A DNA stretch of 64,000 bases from Escherichia coli (GTDB lineage Bacteria > Pseudomonadota > Gammaproteobacteria > Enterobacterales > Enterobacteriaceae): NCBI RefSeq assembly GCF_044324875.1, contig NZ_CP172185.1, one strand, 5' to 3'. Numbering within the stretch: position 1 is the first letter of the stretch; every line of letters starts with the position of its first letter. The position numbers were made by a program, and so were the translations under genes. This document shows, one piece after another, positions 53,269 to 63,701 of this stretch. The notes under the pieces were generated by a model. The model did not search any database. It worked only from the letters and a program-made list of their open reading frames with translations, and was not told the DNA's origin.

Positions 53269-53422
53269 ACAGCGGCAAGATGCCGTAAATCAGATGCTAC
53301 AAAATGTAAAGTTGTGTCTTTCTGGTGACTTACGCACTATCCAGACTTGAAAATAGTCGCGTAACCCATACGATGTGGGTATCGCATATTGCGTTTTGTT
53401 AAACTGAGGTAAAAAGAAAATT

Positions 53423-54304
53423 ATGATGCGAATCGCGCTCTTCCTGCTAACGAACCTGGCCGTAATGGTCGTTTTCGGGCTGGTACTGAGCCTGACAGGG
53501 ATACAGTCGAGCAGCGTTCAGGGGCTGATGATCATGGCCTTGCTGTTCGGTTTTGGTGGTTCCTTCGTTTCGCTTCTGATGTCCAAATGGATGGCATTAC
53601 GATCTGTTGGCGGGGAAGTGATCGAGCAACCGCGTAACGAAAGGGAACGTTGGCTGGTCAATACTGTAGCAACCCAGGCTCGTCAGGCGGGGATCGCTAT
53701 GCCGCAAGTGGCTATCTACCATGCGCCGGACATCAACGCTTTTGCAACCGGTGCGCGCCGTGATGCCTCTCTGGTTGCTGTCAGCACCGGTTTGCTGCAG
53801 AACATGAGCCCGGATGAAGCCGAGGCGGTAATTGCTCACGAAATCAGCCACATCGCCAATGGTGATATGGTCACCATGACGCTGATTCAGGGCGTGGTGA
53901 ACACCTTCGTTATCTTTATTTCCCGTATTCTGGCGCAGCTTGCCGCGGGTTTTATGGGCGGAAATCGTGATGAAGGTGAAGAGAGCAACGGCAACCCGCT
54001 GATCTACTTTGCGGTTGCAACGGTTCTGGAACTGGTGTTTGGTATTCTGGCGAGCATTATCACCATGTGGTTCTCGCGTCATCGTGAATTCCACGCCGAT
54101 GCGGGTTCAGCAAAACTGGTTGGTCGCGAGAAAATGATTGCTGCATTGCAGCGCCTGAAAACCAGCTATGAACCGCAAGAAGCAACCAGCATGATGGCTT
54201 TCTGCATTAACGGTAAGTCGAAATCGCTCAGTGAGTTGTTCATGACTCACCCGCCGCTGGATAAACGTATTGAAGCTCTGCGTACGGGTGAATACCTGAA
54301 GTAA
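53423..54304 (+). CDS. htpX: Membrane zinc metalloprotease HtpX
   Basis: 293-aa ORF with HEISH zinc-binding motif ([11 protein letters not shown]). Confidence 0.9.
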
Positions 54305-54320
54305 TATGAAGTAAATACTA

Positions 54321-54352
54321 AAAAGCGCGTCCTGATCGACGCGCTTTTTTTG
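54321..54352 (+). terminator. Rho-independent terminator after htpX
   Basis: GCGCGTC...GACGCGC stem followed by a T7 run. Confidence 0.6.
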
Positions 54353-54354
54353 TG

Positions 54355-55070
54355 CACAGAAAACCCCCAGCTAGGCTGGGGGTTCCGGAAAGCTTTCAGC
54401 TTTGAGCCAGTTATTAAAACCCCTTTTGATTTGTTAAAACACCTTGCGGTCTGGCAACTGCAAGTGTCAAACAAGTGTCAAACAAGAAATCAAAAGGGGG
54501 TCCCAATGGGGAACGAAAAGAGCTTAGCGCACACCCGATGGAACTGTAAATATCACATAGTATTTGCGCCAAAATACCGAAGACAGGTGTTCTACAGAGA
54601 GAAGCGTAGAGCAATAGGCTGTATTTTGAGAAAGCTGTGTGAGTGGAAAAGTGTACGGATTCTGGAAGCTGAATGCTGTGCAGATCATATCCATATGCTT
54701 GTGGAGATCCCGCCCAAAATGAGCGTATCAGGCTTTATGGGATATCTGAAAGGGAAAAGCAGTCTGATGCTTTACGAGCAGTTTGGTGATTTGAAATTCA
54801 AATACAGGAACAGGGAGTTCTGGTGCAGAGGGTATTACGTCGATACGGTGGGTAAGAACACGGCGAAGATACAGGATTACATAAAGCACCAGCTTGAAGA
54901 GGATAAAATGGGAGAGCAGTTATCGATTCCCTATCCGGGCAGCCCGTTTACGGGCCGTAAGTAACGAAGTTGGATGCAAATGTCAGATCGTGTGCGCCTG
55001 TTAGGGCGCGGCTGGTAAGAGAGCCTTATAGGCGCATTTGAAAAACCTCCGGCTATGCCGGAGGATATTT
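54355..55070 (+). mobile_element. IS200 insertion sequence (about 710 bp); ends approximate
   Basis: Left-end perfect hairpin CCCCCAGC-TAG-GCTGGGGG (54364-54382), tnpA ORF matching IS200 TnpA, right-end hairpin CCTCCGGC-TAT-GCCGGAGG (55047-55065); size matches IS200. Confidence 0.8.
54506..54964 (+). CDS. tnpA: IS200 transposase TnpA (Y1 HuH)
   Basis: 152 aa from ATG at 54506: MGNEKSLAHTRWNCKYHIVFAPKYRRQVFY... with HIHMLVEIPP HuH motif; ORF track extends upstream through the leader (54350). Confidence 0.9.
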   Translation: MGNEKSLAHTRWNCKYHIVFAPKYRRQVFYREKRRAIGCILRKLCEWKSVRILEAECCADHIHMLVEIPPKMSVSGFMGYLKGKSSLMLYEQFGDLKFKYRNREFWCRGYYVDTVGKNTAKIQDYIKHQLEEDKMGEQLSIPYPGSPFTGRK

Positions 55071-55071
55071 A

Positions 55072-56445
55072 TTATGCCCAGGCTCGTGGCTGAGTGATAC
55101 GTAAACCACTGACACAGGCAGCAATTACTGCCAGAATAGCCGCAGCCATCAGCGAGACGTGCGTACCATTATCACCAAACTGATTTAGCATCAGCGCCAC
55201 CAGCGCCGCGCCACTACTCTGACCCAATAGACGAGCCGTCCCTAACATGCCACTGGCCCCACCGCTACGTTCGCGCGGAGCGGAGGTTATAATGGTGTGG
55301 TTATTGGGTGACTGGAATAAGCCAAATCCAGCGCCACATAAGATCATCGGCCAGATAATATTGATATCCGCAGGTGACGCGGGCAGCAGAACCAGGGAAA
55401 AAAGCCCCGCAGCCATGATGAACAACCCTAAAGCACCCAGCAATCCTGCATGTACGCGTTCAATCAAATAGCCTGCCAGCGGAGCCATCACCATCGTTGC
55501 TAACGGCCACGGTGTCAGAAGTAAACCTGTTTCGACTTCACTACGCCCGAGCACGGTTTGCAGGTAAAAGGGCAGGGAAACCATTGCCAGCATTTGTGCG
55601 CAGAAAGAGCAAACAGATGTGCAAATAGAAAGTGAAAACAGCGGGATACGCAGTAAATCCACCGGTAGCAGCGGTACGGGAAGAGAAAGCTGGCGGCGAA
55701 TAAAGAAAATACCAACGACAACCATTACCACCAGTTCCGCACCAATCAATGTCAGCGATTGCCCCTGAGCGAAACCACTCAACGCAGTGATAAGCAGGCC
55801 GAAGGTTAACGCGTTCATCACGGCGCTGGGCAGGTCGAAACGGGGTTTACTGGCGCGAGAACCATTGGGTGGCAGAAAACGCATTGCCAGAAGCAGGGCG
55901 ATAATACCCAACGGTACGTTGATTAAAAATAACCATTTCCAGGATGCGATGGAGAGGATTGCTGCAGCAATTGTCGGCCCGGCAGCAGAAGAAACGGCAA
56001 CAATAAACGAGTTTATGCCCATCCCTCTACCCAGAAAACGTTGTGGATAGATCAGGCGGATAAGTGCGGTATTAACGCTCATCAACGCTGCACCGCCGAA
56101 ACCTTGTATGACACGCGCAAGGGTGAGCATTTGCAGCGAATCAGAAAGGGCGCAGAACAGTGAAGACAACAGAAAAACGACCAGACCGCATTTATAAATA
56201 CGTCGATAGCCAAACATATCGCCCAGAAACGAAAACGAGAGCAGGGAGATGACAATGGCGATTTGATAGGCGTTCACTACCCAGATGGAACTGGCTGGCG
56301 TGGCATGAAGGTCCGTGGCGATTGTTGGCAGGGCGACGTTGGCGATTGCGCCGTCAAGGACAGCCATCGAAATACCAATCACAATGGTTAATATCGCACC
56401 GTATCGCTGGGGCAATGGCAGGCCGTCGGCCTGAACTTTTGGCAT
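55072..56445 (-). CDS. yebQ: MFS transporter YebQ
   Basis: ORF 55072..56556 (494 aa); internal Met MPKVQADGLPLPQRYGAILTIVIG gives 457 aa; 14-TMS MFS-like. Confidence 0.85.
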   Translation of the reverse strand: MPKVQADGLPLPQRYGAILTIVIGISMAVLDGAIANVALPTIATDLHATPASSIWVVNAYQIAIVISLLSFSFLGDMFGYRRIYKCGLVVFLLSSLFCALSDSLQMLTLARVIQGFGGAALMSVNTALIRLIYPQRFLGRGMGINSFIVAVSSAAGPTIAAAILSIASWKWLFLINVPLGIIALLLAMRFLPPNGSRASKPRFDLPSAVMNALTFGLLITALSGFAQGQSLTLIGAELVVMVVVGIFFIRRQLSLPVPLLPVDLLRIPLFSLSICTSVCSFCAQMLAMVSLPFYLQTVLGRSEVETGLLLTPWPLATMVMAPLAGYLIERVHAGLLGALGLFIMAAGLFSLVLLPASPADINIIWPMILCGAGFGLFQSPNNHTIITSAPRERSGGASGMLGTARLLGQSSGAALVALMLNQFGDNGTHVSLMAAAILAVIAACVSGLRITQPRAWA

Positions 56446-56621
56446 AGGAATTTTATATCTTTGGTGAATAATCAACAGGGGTATGATTCTAGCACTGATA
56501 TTCACGGTGGATGTCGCAGAATTGTAACTAACCGGCAAAAGATGGATTGCGACCACCCAGGTGCGAAATTATAATAAAAAACAGTTCTGATTTTTATAAA
56601 ACACTCGCAATGAGGTGATAA

Positions 56622-57413
56622 ATGGCTAACGCAGATCTGGATAAACAGCCTGATTCTGTATCTTCCGTGCTAAAAGTTTTTGGCATTTTGCAGGCGCTGG
56701 GTGAAGAGCGCGAAATAGGGATAACCGAGCTGTCGCAGCGCGTCATGATGTCAAAAAGCACCGTTTATCGCTTTTTACAGACCATGAAAACCTTAGGTTA
56801 TGTGGCGCAGGAAGGGGAGTCGGAGAAATATTCCCTGACCCTGAAATTGTTTGAACTGGGCGCTCGCGCGTTACAAAACGTCGATTTAATTCGTAGCGCA
56901 GATATCCAGATGCGTGAGATCTCCCGCCTGACCAAAGAAACTATCCACCTCGGCGCACTGGACGAAGACAGTATTGTTTACATTCACAAAATTGACTCTA
57001 TGTACAATTTGCGCATGTATTCACGGATTGGGCGTCGTAATCCGCTGTACAGCACCGCGATTGGTAAGGTACTGCTGGCATGGCGCGATCGCGATGAAGT
57101 GAAGCAAATTCTTGAGGGCGTGGAGTATAAACGCAGTACCGAGCGGACCATCACCAGTACAGAAGCGTTATTACCCGTTCTGGACCAGGTGCGTGAGCAG
57201 GGGTATGGCGAAGATAACGAAGAGCAGGAAGAAGGACTGCGTTGCATTGCGGTTCCGGTATTTGATCGCTTTGGCGTGGTCATTGCCGGTCTTAGCATCT
57301 CCTTCCCGACGTTGCGTTTCTCTGAAGAGCGTTTACAGGAATATGTCGCAATGTTGCATACCGCGGCGCGCAAAATTTCTGCCCAAATGGGTTATCACGA
57401 CTATCCATTCTGA
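56622..57413 (+). CDS. kdgR: IclR-family transcriptional regulator KdgR
   Basis: 263-aa ORF MANADLDKQPDSVSSVLKVFGILQALGEEREIGITELSQRVMMSKSTVYRFLQTM... Confidence 0.9.
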   Translation: MANADLDKQPDSVSSVLKVFGILQALGEEREIGITELSQRVMMSKSTVYRFLQTMKTLGYVAQEGESEKYSLTLKLFELGARALQNVDLIRSADIQMREISRLTKETIHLGALDEDSIVYIHKIDSMYNLRMYSRIGRRNPLYSTAIGKVLLAWRDRDEVKQILEGVEYKRSTERTITSTEALLPVLDQVREQGYGEDNEEQEEGLRCIAVPVFDRFGVVIAGLSISFPTLRFSEERLQEYVAMLHTAARKISAQMGYHDYPF

Positions 57414-57422
57414 TGAGAGTAA

Positions 57423-57458
57423 GAACCTGTCTGAATATCAAACAGACAGGTTCTTTAT
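57423..57458. terminator. Hairpin terminator after kdgR
   Basis: GAACCTGTCTG-AATATCAAA-CAGACAGGTTC followed by TTTATT. Confidence 0.55.
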
Positions 57459-57556
57459 TGAGCATGAGAAAAATAAAGTTGAAGGTGGCGTTATATTAAA
57501 CGCACTTGCGATAAGAATATTTTACTCATGAGTGAGAATCTGGTTATTTATTACCC

Positions 57557-57796
57557 TTAACCATTATCGACCACAATATTGCTTTTACGTAACAACGGGC
57601 AATCTGTTATCCCCAGAAAACCACTTTTAGTGTGCAGGTATTGTACCGTGCTGGTGCCTCTGGCGGTCAGATAGGTACATTGCAAACCTAATCCCGCGGC
57701 ATTCTCTTTGCTTCCAATCAAAACGCCATATCCGCTGAGTAATAATCCTATCCATACCAGTGCTATCAGCATAACTGTGCGAATGATGAATCGCAT
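57557..57796 (-). CDS. yobH: Small membrane protein YobH
   Basis: 79-aa ORF MRFIIRTVMLIALVWIGLLLSGYGVLIGS... Confidence 0.8.
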   Translation of the reverse strand: MRFIIRTVMLIALVWIGLLLSGYGVLIGSKENAAGLGLQCTYLTARGTSTVQYLHTKSGFLGITDCPLLRKSNIVVDNG

Positions 57797-57954
57797 TACA
57801 ACCTCTTCTCTTTTTATGTTCGCTTAATCGTAGCGGCAATATGCGCTGAAGCAAGCGACTCATTCTGAAAAAGCACGAATATCGACATAGTTAGGCGCTG
57901 TTTAACTAACGCATGCTAGTTTAATGACATAAGGTAGGTGAAACGGAGATTGGA

Positions 57955-58098
57955 GTGAAAAAGTTTCGATGGGTCGTTCTGGTTGTCGTGGTGTTGGCTT
58001 GCTTGCTGCTTTGGGCGCAGGTATTCAACATGATGTGCGATCAGGATGTACAATTTTTCAGCGGAATTTGTGCCATTAACCAGTTTATCCCGTGGTGA
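57955..58098 (+). CDS. mgrB: PhoQ-inhibiting small membrane protein MgrB
   Basis: Not in the ORF track (under 60 aa); GTG start, 47 aa (M)[46 protein letters not shown] read directly from the sequence. Confidence 0.85.
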
Positions 58099-58172
58099 TA
58101 TCATTTTTTCAGCACTAGATTTTCTTCCTCTCCAGCAGTGGTAGAATAGCGCCTCTACTCAGAGGTGGTGAA

Positions 58173-58460
58173 ATGAACGAAGTTGTAAATTCAGGCGTGA
58201 TGAACATTGCGTCTTTGGTTGTATCGGTGGTGGTTCTTTTTATCGGGCTTATCTTGTGGTTTTTTATCAATCGTGCCAGTTCACGGACTAACGAACAGAT
58301 TGAACTGCTTGAGGCGTTGCTGGATCAGCAAAAACGTCAAAATGCTCTGTTACGTCGTTTGTGCGAAGCAAACGAACCTGAGAAAGCAGATAAAAAGACC
58401 GTTGAGAGTCAAAAATCGGTTGAAGACGAAGATATTATTCGTCTGGTCGCCGAACGATAA
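58173..58460 (+). CDS. yebO: Small membrane protein YebO
   Basis: 95-aa ORF with N-terminal TM helix. Confidence 0.8.
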   Translation: MNEVVNSGVMNIASLVVSVVVLFIGLILWFFINRASSRTNEQIELLEALLDQQKRQNALLRRLCEANEPEKADKKTVESQKSVEDEDIIRLVAER

Positions 58461-59129
58461 TCCTTCCTCAATCTTGAGTAACCCCGTCGTTGAAGGGTTA
58501 CTCAATTCATCCTGATTATACGCACTGTCATGGTGCAACTGCTTCAAATTAAAACTCTGGTCTGACTTCAAATAATTATCATATTATTTATTTGCGTAAC
58601 GGGATATCAGAAAAAGATATTTAGCCCATTAATTTATTAGGATGTTTACATCGGATTTGTGATTAAGCGTGGTATTATTTATTAGCGAAACGTTTCTCTC
58701 TTGATTTTTTTGCGCATTTATCAATTTTTCTTATTTTAAATTTACAATACCTTTGGCGATTGACTTCTCTTTGGGGTGATCTATAGCCGTTAACTGACTG
58801 TTTTATGAGAAAAAGTGATATAACTTTTTATTCATTGCATAGCAGAAAATGTGATATTGCACGCACTATGTAATAACTTCTCCCACTGGCCTGGAACAAC
58901 TGAACTTATTGAACTATGTTAGAAAATACGTCAGTTTAAGTATCTGCCTGAACTGGCAAGGTTAAGCACAATGATATATCGGCGCGTATTCCGTTGCATA
59001 AGTGTGCAAAAAAAGTGGAAGACGTATCGAGATTTGTGCGTCTGATCGAGACATGTTTAAAAATGGCTTGCCATAATTAACGTTGTATGTGATAACAGAT
59101 TTCGGGTTAAACGAGGTACAGTTCTGTTT

Positions 59130-59273
59130 ATGTGTGGCATTTTCAGTAAAGAAGTCCTGAGTAAACACGTTGACGTTGAATACCGCTTCTCTGCCGAGCC
59201 TTATATTGGTGCCTCATGCAGTAATGTGTCAGTTTTATCTATGTTATGCCTGCGGGCGAAGAAAACAATCTAA
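59130..59273 (+). CDS. yobF: Small protein YobF
   Basis: Not in the ORF track; 47-aa [50 protein letters not shown] read from the sequence, immediately upstream of cspC. Confidence 0.8.
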
Positions 59274-59285
59274 GGAATTTTTCAA

Positions 59286-59495
59286 ATGGCAAAGATTAAA
59301 GGTCAGGTTAAGTGGTTCAACGAGTCTAAAGGTTTTGGCTTCATTACTCCGGCTGATGGCAGCAAAGACGTGTTCGTACACTTCTCTGCTATCCAGGGTA
59401 ATGGCTTCAAAACTCTGGCTGAAGGTCAGAACGTTGAGTTCGAAATTCAGGACGGTCAGAAAGGTCCGGCAGCTGTTAACGTAACAGCTATCTGA
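59286..59495 (+). CDS. cspC: Cold-shock-domain protein CspC
   Basis: 69-aa ORF with RNP motifs KGFGFI and VFVHF. Confidence 0.95.
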
Positions 59496-59541
59496 TCGAA
59501 TCCACTGATCTGAAGTGTGAATACGCTTCAATCTCGCTATA

Positions 59542-59568
59542 AAGCCTCGTCGAATGCGAGGCTTTTTA
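59542..59568 (+). terminator. Rho-independent terminator after cspC
   Basis: AAGCCTCG-TCGAATG-CGAGGCTT followed by a T-run. Confidence 0.55.
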
Positions 59569-59660
59569 CTTTGCTTTATCTTCGCTCCAGTCGTTCGGAT
59601 ATTTGCCCGCCGCGTGATTCGCGTTACACTTGCGGCCTTTAGTGTCCTGCCGGAGTTGTC

Positions 59661-60470
59661 ATGTCGTTTTCCTGTCCACTTTGCCATCAGCCTCTTTCGC
59701 GTGAAAAAAACAGCTATATCTGTCCCCAGCGACATCAGTTTGATATGGCGAAAGAAGGGTATGTCAATCTGCTGCCCGTTCAGCATAAACGGTCTCGTGA
59801 TCCGGGGGACAGCGCGGAAATGATGCAAGCACGCCGCGCATTCTTAGATGCCGGACATTATCAGCCGCTGCGTGATGCAATTGTCGCTCAACTGCGGGAA
59901 CGGCTTGATGAAAAGGCCACAGCGGTGCTGGATATTGGCTGTGGTGAAGGGTATTACACACACGCATTTGCCGATGCGCTGCCCGAAATCACCACGTTTG
60001 GCCTGGATGTCTCGAAGGTAGCGATAAAAGCGGCGGCGAAACGCTATCCGCAGGTCACTTTTTGTGTTGCTTCCAGCCACCGTTTGCCGTTTTCCGATAC
60101 CAGTATGGACGCCATAATACGTATTTACGCGCCGTGTAAAGCAGAAGAATTAGCGCGAGTAGTGAAGCCTGGCGGTTGGGTCATTACTGCCACGCCGGGA
60201 CCGCGACATTTGATGGAGCTGAAGGGGCTGATTTACAATGAAGTACATCTTCATGCACCACATGCAGAACAACTGGAAGGTTTTACATTACAGCAGAGTG
60301 ATGAGTTGTGTTATCCGATGCGTCTTCGCGGTGATGAAGCCGTCGCATTATTGCAGATGACGCCGTTTGCCTGGCGTGCGAAGCCAGAAGTCTGGCAAAC
60401 ACTGGCAGCAAAAGAAGTGTTCGACTGCCAGACGGACTTTAATATTCACCTCTGGCAGCGTTCTTATTAA
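59661..60470 (+). CDS. rlmA: 23S rRNA m1G745 methyltransferase RlmA
   Basis: 269-aa ORF with N-terminal Cys4 zinc finger (CPLCHQ...CPQRH) and SAM-binding motif [10 protein letters not shown]. Confidence 0.9.
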   Translation: MSFSCPLCHQPLSREKNSYICPQRHQFDMAKEGYVNLLPVQHKRSRDPGDSAEMMQARRAFLDAGHYQPLRDAIVAQLRERLDEKATAVLDIGCGEGYYTHAFADALPEITTFGLDVSKVAIKAAAKRYPQVTFCVASSHRLPFSDTSMDAIIRIYAPCKAEELARVVKPGGWVITATPGPRHLMELKGLIYNEVHLHAPHAEQLEGFTLQQSDELCYPMRLRGDEAVALLQMTPFAWRAKPEVWQTLAAKEVFDCQTDFNIHLWQRSY

Positions 60471-61033
60471 CCGTGGAAGTGCGTCCAGAGGATCTGGACG
60501 CCGATGCCGATCAGCACCAGCCCGCCGAGAATTTCCGCTTTTTTCCCAATAATTGAGCCGATAAAGCGACCAACCATCATCCCTAATGTCGACATAATCA
60601 AGGTTGCACAACCAATGGCCAATGCGGTCGCGATAATGTTGACCTGAAGGAAAGCAAGACCAACACCCACAGCCATGGCATCCAGGCTGGTGGCAATCGC
60701 GGTGGTTACCAGTAGCCAGAAACCGTGCCGACGGCGCGGCTCTTCATCTTCATCATCAGCGCCACGAAAACCCTCAATAATCATTCGCCCGCCGAGGAAT
60801 ATCAGCAGCACAAACGCAATCCAGTGGTTCCATTCAAGGACAAACCGGCTGGCTAACATGCCCATTCCCCAGCCGATCAGCGGCGTCAGGGTTTCGACAG
60901 CACCAAAAATAAGGCCGGTTCGCAACGCTTCAGAAAATTTCGGTTTATGGAGGGTGGCACCTTTACCGATTGATGCAGCAAATGCATCCATCGACATACC
61001 AAACGCAAGAAGAATAGTAGCAGTGATATTCAT
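60467..61033 (-). CDS. mntP: Manganese efflux pump MntP
   Basis: ORF 60467..61087; internal Met [25 protein letters not shown] gives 188 aa; stop overlaps rlmA stop. Confidence 0.85.
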   Translation of the reverse strand: MNITATILLAFGMSMDAFAASIGKGATLHKPKFSEALRTGLIFGAVETLTPLIGWGMGMLASRFVLEWNHWIAFVLLIFLGGRMIIEGFRGADDEDEEPRRRHGFWLLVTTAIATSLDAMAVGVGLAFLQVNIIATALAIGCATLIMSTLGMMVGRFIGSIIGKKAEILGGLVLIGIGVQILWTHFHG

Positions 61034-61039
61034 GACAAC

Positions 61040-61258
61040 GTCCTGACCGGGGTATCCATAAAACACATCATCGCCCCCAGCAAACATGCATACATGAACG
61101 ACAAACCGCGATGGTTTTCGCGTTCATGCAGGCATAGCGATTGATGTGCATATGGTCTCGCCTGACTGAAAGTGTTCAGTCCGTACGTGCCACGTTTTGC
61201 AACGAGTATGTTGACACGTACATTTCCGGAATCTGGAAATCGGCTACTCCCCAAATGA
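61040..61258 (-). ncRNA. yybP-ykoY manganese riboswitch in the mntP 5' leader; ends approximate
   Basis: Minus-strand sequence contains GGGGAGUAGCCGAUUUCC near the 5' end, typical of the yybP-ykoY aptamer; the E. coli mntP leader is known to carry this riboswitch. Confidence 0.65.
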
Positions 61259-61461
61259 GGGCGCAACCTTAACATATTTTGAGAATATAAAACAACTGTT
61301 GGAATATATTATTTCATTGCTTTATTGATAACGATTTTCATTTAGATTTATATATCAATGAAACGTTAAAATAAATAACAAATAAGGGAAGGGGTAATAT
61401 AGCCTAAGCTATGTCTGATTATTAAAAATACACTAAACATAGCTTTGGCTAAATTGATAAC

Positions 61462-61920
61462 TTATTGAGTTGAAACGAGAAGCTTATAAATTTTTTCCAG
61501 ATCGTCGATATTTCGAACGCGGATTAACAGCCGACGCTGTTCTAATTGCATCACCAACACGCCATCTTCCGACAAGTTCATCGCTTTGATTCGGCTATAT
61601 TCAATCCAGACATTGGCGAAGAAAAAACCTTTTTGTTTAAAGATGATCTTCGGAACGCGGATCCAGAATATATAAAAACCCATCAGAGCCAGTGCACTTA
61701 ATAACCATGTTGTTATTAGCGCGCCATGATTCGTGACGTTGTTATAGATAAGAATGACAATCAATCCGACGAAGATAACGCTATCGATGCGACCACGCCG
61801 GAGCAAAGGAATTGCCAGCAGAGTGAGGCCGTTACGGCGGGGCATGATGAACTGATCGTAGATCGCGAAGGCCAGGAGTGCGGCGATGAAAAGAATCAGT
61901 ACCAGGTCCGTGATTGTCAT
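61462..61920 (-). CDS. yobD: Inner membrane protein YobD (DUF986)
   Basis: 152-aa [34 protein letters not shown]... Confidence 0.8.
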   Translation of the reverse strand: MTITDLVLILFIAALLAFAIYDQFIMPRRNGLTLLAIPLLRRGRIDSVIFVGLIVILIYNNVTNHGALITTWLLSALALMGFYIFWIRVPKIIFKQKGFFFANVWIEYSRIKAMNLSEDGVLVMQLEQRRLLIRVRNIDDLEKIYKLLVSTQ

Positions 61921-61930
61921 TAATCCTCCA

Positions 61931-61960
61931 GATAAAAAAACGGGGCCAAAAGGCCCCGGT
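61931..61960 (-). terminator. Rho-independent terminator after manZ
   Basis: Minus strand reads CGGGGCC-TTTT-GGCCCCG followed by a T7 run. Confidence 0.6.
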
Positions 61961-61974
61961 AGTGTACAACAGTC

Positions 61975-62835
61975 TTACAGTCCCAGCAGGCCGCAAGCGT
62001 AACCAGCGATACCGATGACGAAGAAGCCAACGATGATCCACAGCGGGTTAACTTTTTTGCGCAGTAGCCACATACAAGCAAAGGTCAGCAGCAGTGGTAC
62101 CAGGCCTGGCATTAACTGGTCCAGAATAGTCTGGACAGTGGTAACGTGTTCTTTGCCCGTCTGGTCAGTAATGCGAGAGACCACCAGCGGGATGTTGACA
62201 TGTGTCCACTTGTTAACCAATGCCCCCATGACAAACAGGCCGAGGATAGACGCCCCTTCCGTCAGTTTTTGCAGGAAGCCACCACCCATATCTTTAACGA
62301 TATCGATACCTTTGGAGTAACCATACGCTACGCCGTAGTAACGGGTTGCCAGACGCACCAGGTTAAACAAGATGAAGAACAGCAGCGGACCTAACAGGCT
62401 GCCGCTCATTGCGATACCGGCACCCAGCGCTGCAAATACCGGACGTACGGTTCCCCAGAAGATCGGGTCGCCTACACCAGCCAGCGGCCCCATCAAACCG
62501 ACTTTGATACCGTTGATAGCACCGTCATCGATCTCTGCGCCATTAGCACGCTGTTCTTCCAGCGCCAGGGTTACGCCGAGAATCGGCGCAGCCACGAACG
62601 GCTGGGTGTTAAAGAACTCCAGGTGACGGCGAATAGCTTGTTTACGAGCTTCGTTGTTCTCAGGGTAGAGGCGACGAATTGCCGGTACCATAGAGAAGCA
62701 GAAACCCAGTGCCTGCATACGTTCGAAGTTCCATGAACCCTGGAAGAGGTTAGAACGCAGGAAGACGCCACGAATATCACTTTGAGTGAGTTTTTTCTCG
62801 GTGGTAGTTTGAGTTGTATCAACCATTTCGCTCAC
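61975..62835 (-). CDS. manZ: Mannose PTS EIID component ManZ
   Basis: 286-aa ORF MSEMVDTTQTTTEKKLTQSDIRGVFLRSNLFQGSWNFERMQALGF... Confidence 0.9.
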   Translation of the reverse strand: MSEMVDTTQTTTEKKLTQSDIRGVFLRSNLFQGSWNFERMQALGFCFSMVPAIRRLYPENNEARKQAIRRHLEFFNTQPFVAAPILGVTLALEEQRANGAEIDDGAINGIKVGLMGPLAGVGDPIFWGTVRPVFAALGAGIAMSGSLLGPLLFFILFNLVRLATRYYGVAYGYSKGIDIVKDMGGGFLQKLTEGASILGLFVMGALVNKWTHVNIPLVVSRITDQTGKEHVTTVQTILDQLMPGLVPLLLTFACMWLLRKKVNPLWIIVGFFVIGIAGYACGLLGL

Positions 62836-62838
62836 CTG

Positions 62839-63639
62839 TTAGTCCAGTTCGTTATCGAGATCGTTGTTACCAGCTGCCTGAGCAGGCGCACCGGCTACGC
62901 GGTTGTATTTCGGGCTAAGTTGGATGTAGAGGACTGCCATAACAGTACCAATCACACCCAGAGCAACCAGGTTAAAGTTGGTGAATGCTGCGGTTACGAA
63001 GCCGAGGTAGAAGAACGGCATCAGGTAGCCAGCACGCATCATGTTGATAACCATCGCATAACCAACCACCACGATCATGCCACCGGCGATATTCAGACCA
63101 TTGGTCACCACTTCCGGAATCGCGTTCAGCATGTTCTGTACTTCGCTGGTACCAACAGACAGCGCAACGATGACGGCCGGAATAGCCACACGCATTGCTT
63201 GCAGGAACAGAGAAGAAACGTGGATCCAGGAAATCGCTGTCAGGTTGCCGTTATCAGCAGCCTTATCCGCAGCGTGCTGGAAAGCAACGGTAATAGTACG
63301 AACGATGATGGTCAGTACCTGGCCCGCAGCGGCCAGAGGGATTGCCAGTGCAATACCTGCACCAATGCTCTGATGACCTGCGATAACCAGAATGGTAGAA
63401 ATGATGGAAGCCAGAGCGGCGTCAGGCGCAACTGCAGCACCGATGTTCATCCAGCCCAGCGCGATCATTTCCAGCGTACCACCGATAATAATACCGGTTT
63501 TCATATCGCCAAGAACGATACCCACCAGGGTACACGCGATTAGCGGACGGTGAAACTGAAATTCATCGAGGATTGATCCCATACCTGCGATACAGGCTAC
63601 GATAAATACCAGCACAATTTGAAGAGTGGTAATCTCCAT
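62839..63639 (-). CDS. manY: Mannose PTS EIIC component ManY
   Basis: 266-aa ORF MEITTLQIVLVFIVACIAGMGSILDEFQFHRPLIACTLVGIVLGD... Confidence 0.9.
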   Translation of the reverse strand: MEITTLQIVLVFIVACIAGMGSILDEFQFHRPLIACTLVGIVLGDMKTGIIIGGTLEMIALGWMNIGAAVAPDAALASIISTILVIAGHQSIGAGIALAIPLAAAGQVLTIIVRTITVAFQHAADKAADNGNLTAISWIHVSSLFLQAMRVAIPAVIVALSVGTSEVQNMLNAIPEVVTNGLNIAGGMIVVVGYAMVINMMRAGYLMPFFYLGFVTAAFTNFNLVALGVIGTVMAVLYIQLSPKYNRVAGAPAQAAGNNDLDNELD

Positions 63640-63701
63640 TGTACTTCTCCTGTTTACGTAAGACTAAAGTGTGAAAACTGAGTGATAATCAACACAATAC
63701 G

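Noticed and set aside
57895-57930. Possible PhoP box upstream of mgrB (TGTTTAA...TAGTTTAA)
   Set aside because: The two hexamers are about 21 nt apart rather than the canonical 5-nt spacer; mgrB is a known PhoP target, but I cannot confirm the operator position by eye.
61030-61275. 81-aa ORF on the minus strand upstream of mntP
   Set aside because: Overlaps the mntP yybP-ykoY riboswitch leader; better explained as structured RNA.
62782-63543. 253-aa ORF on the plus strand
   Set aside because: Antisense within manY; His/Asn/Cys-rich nonsense translation.
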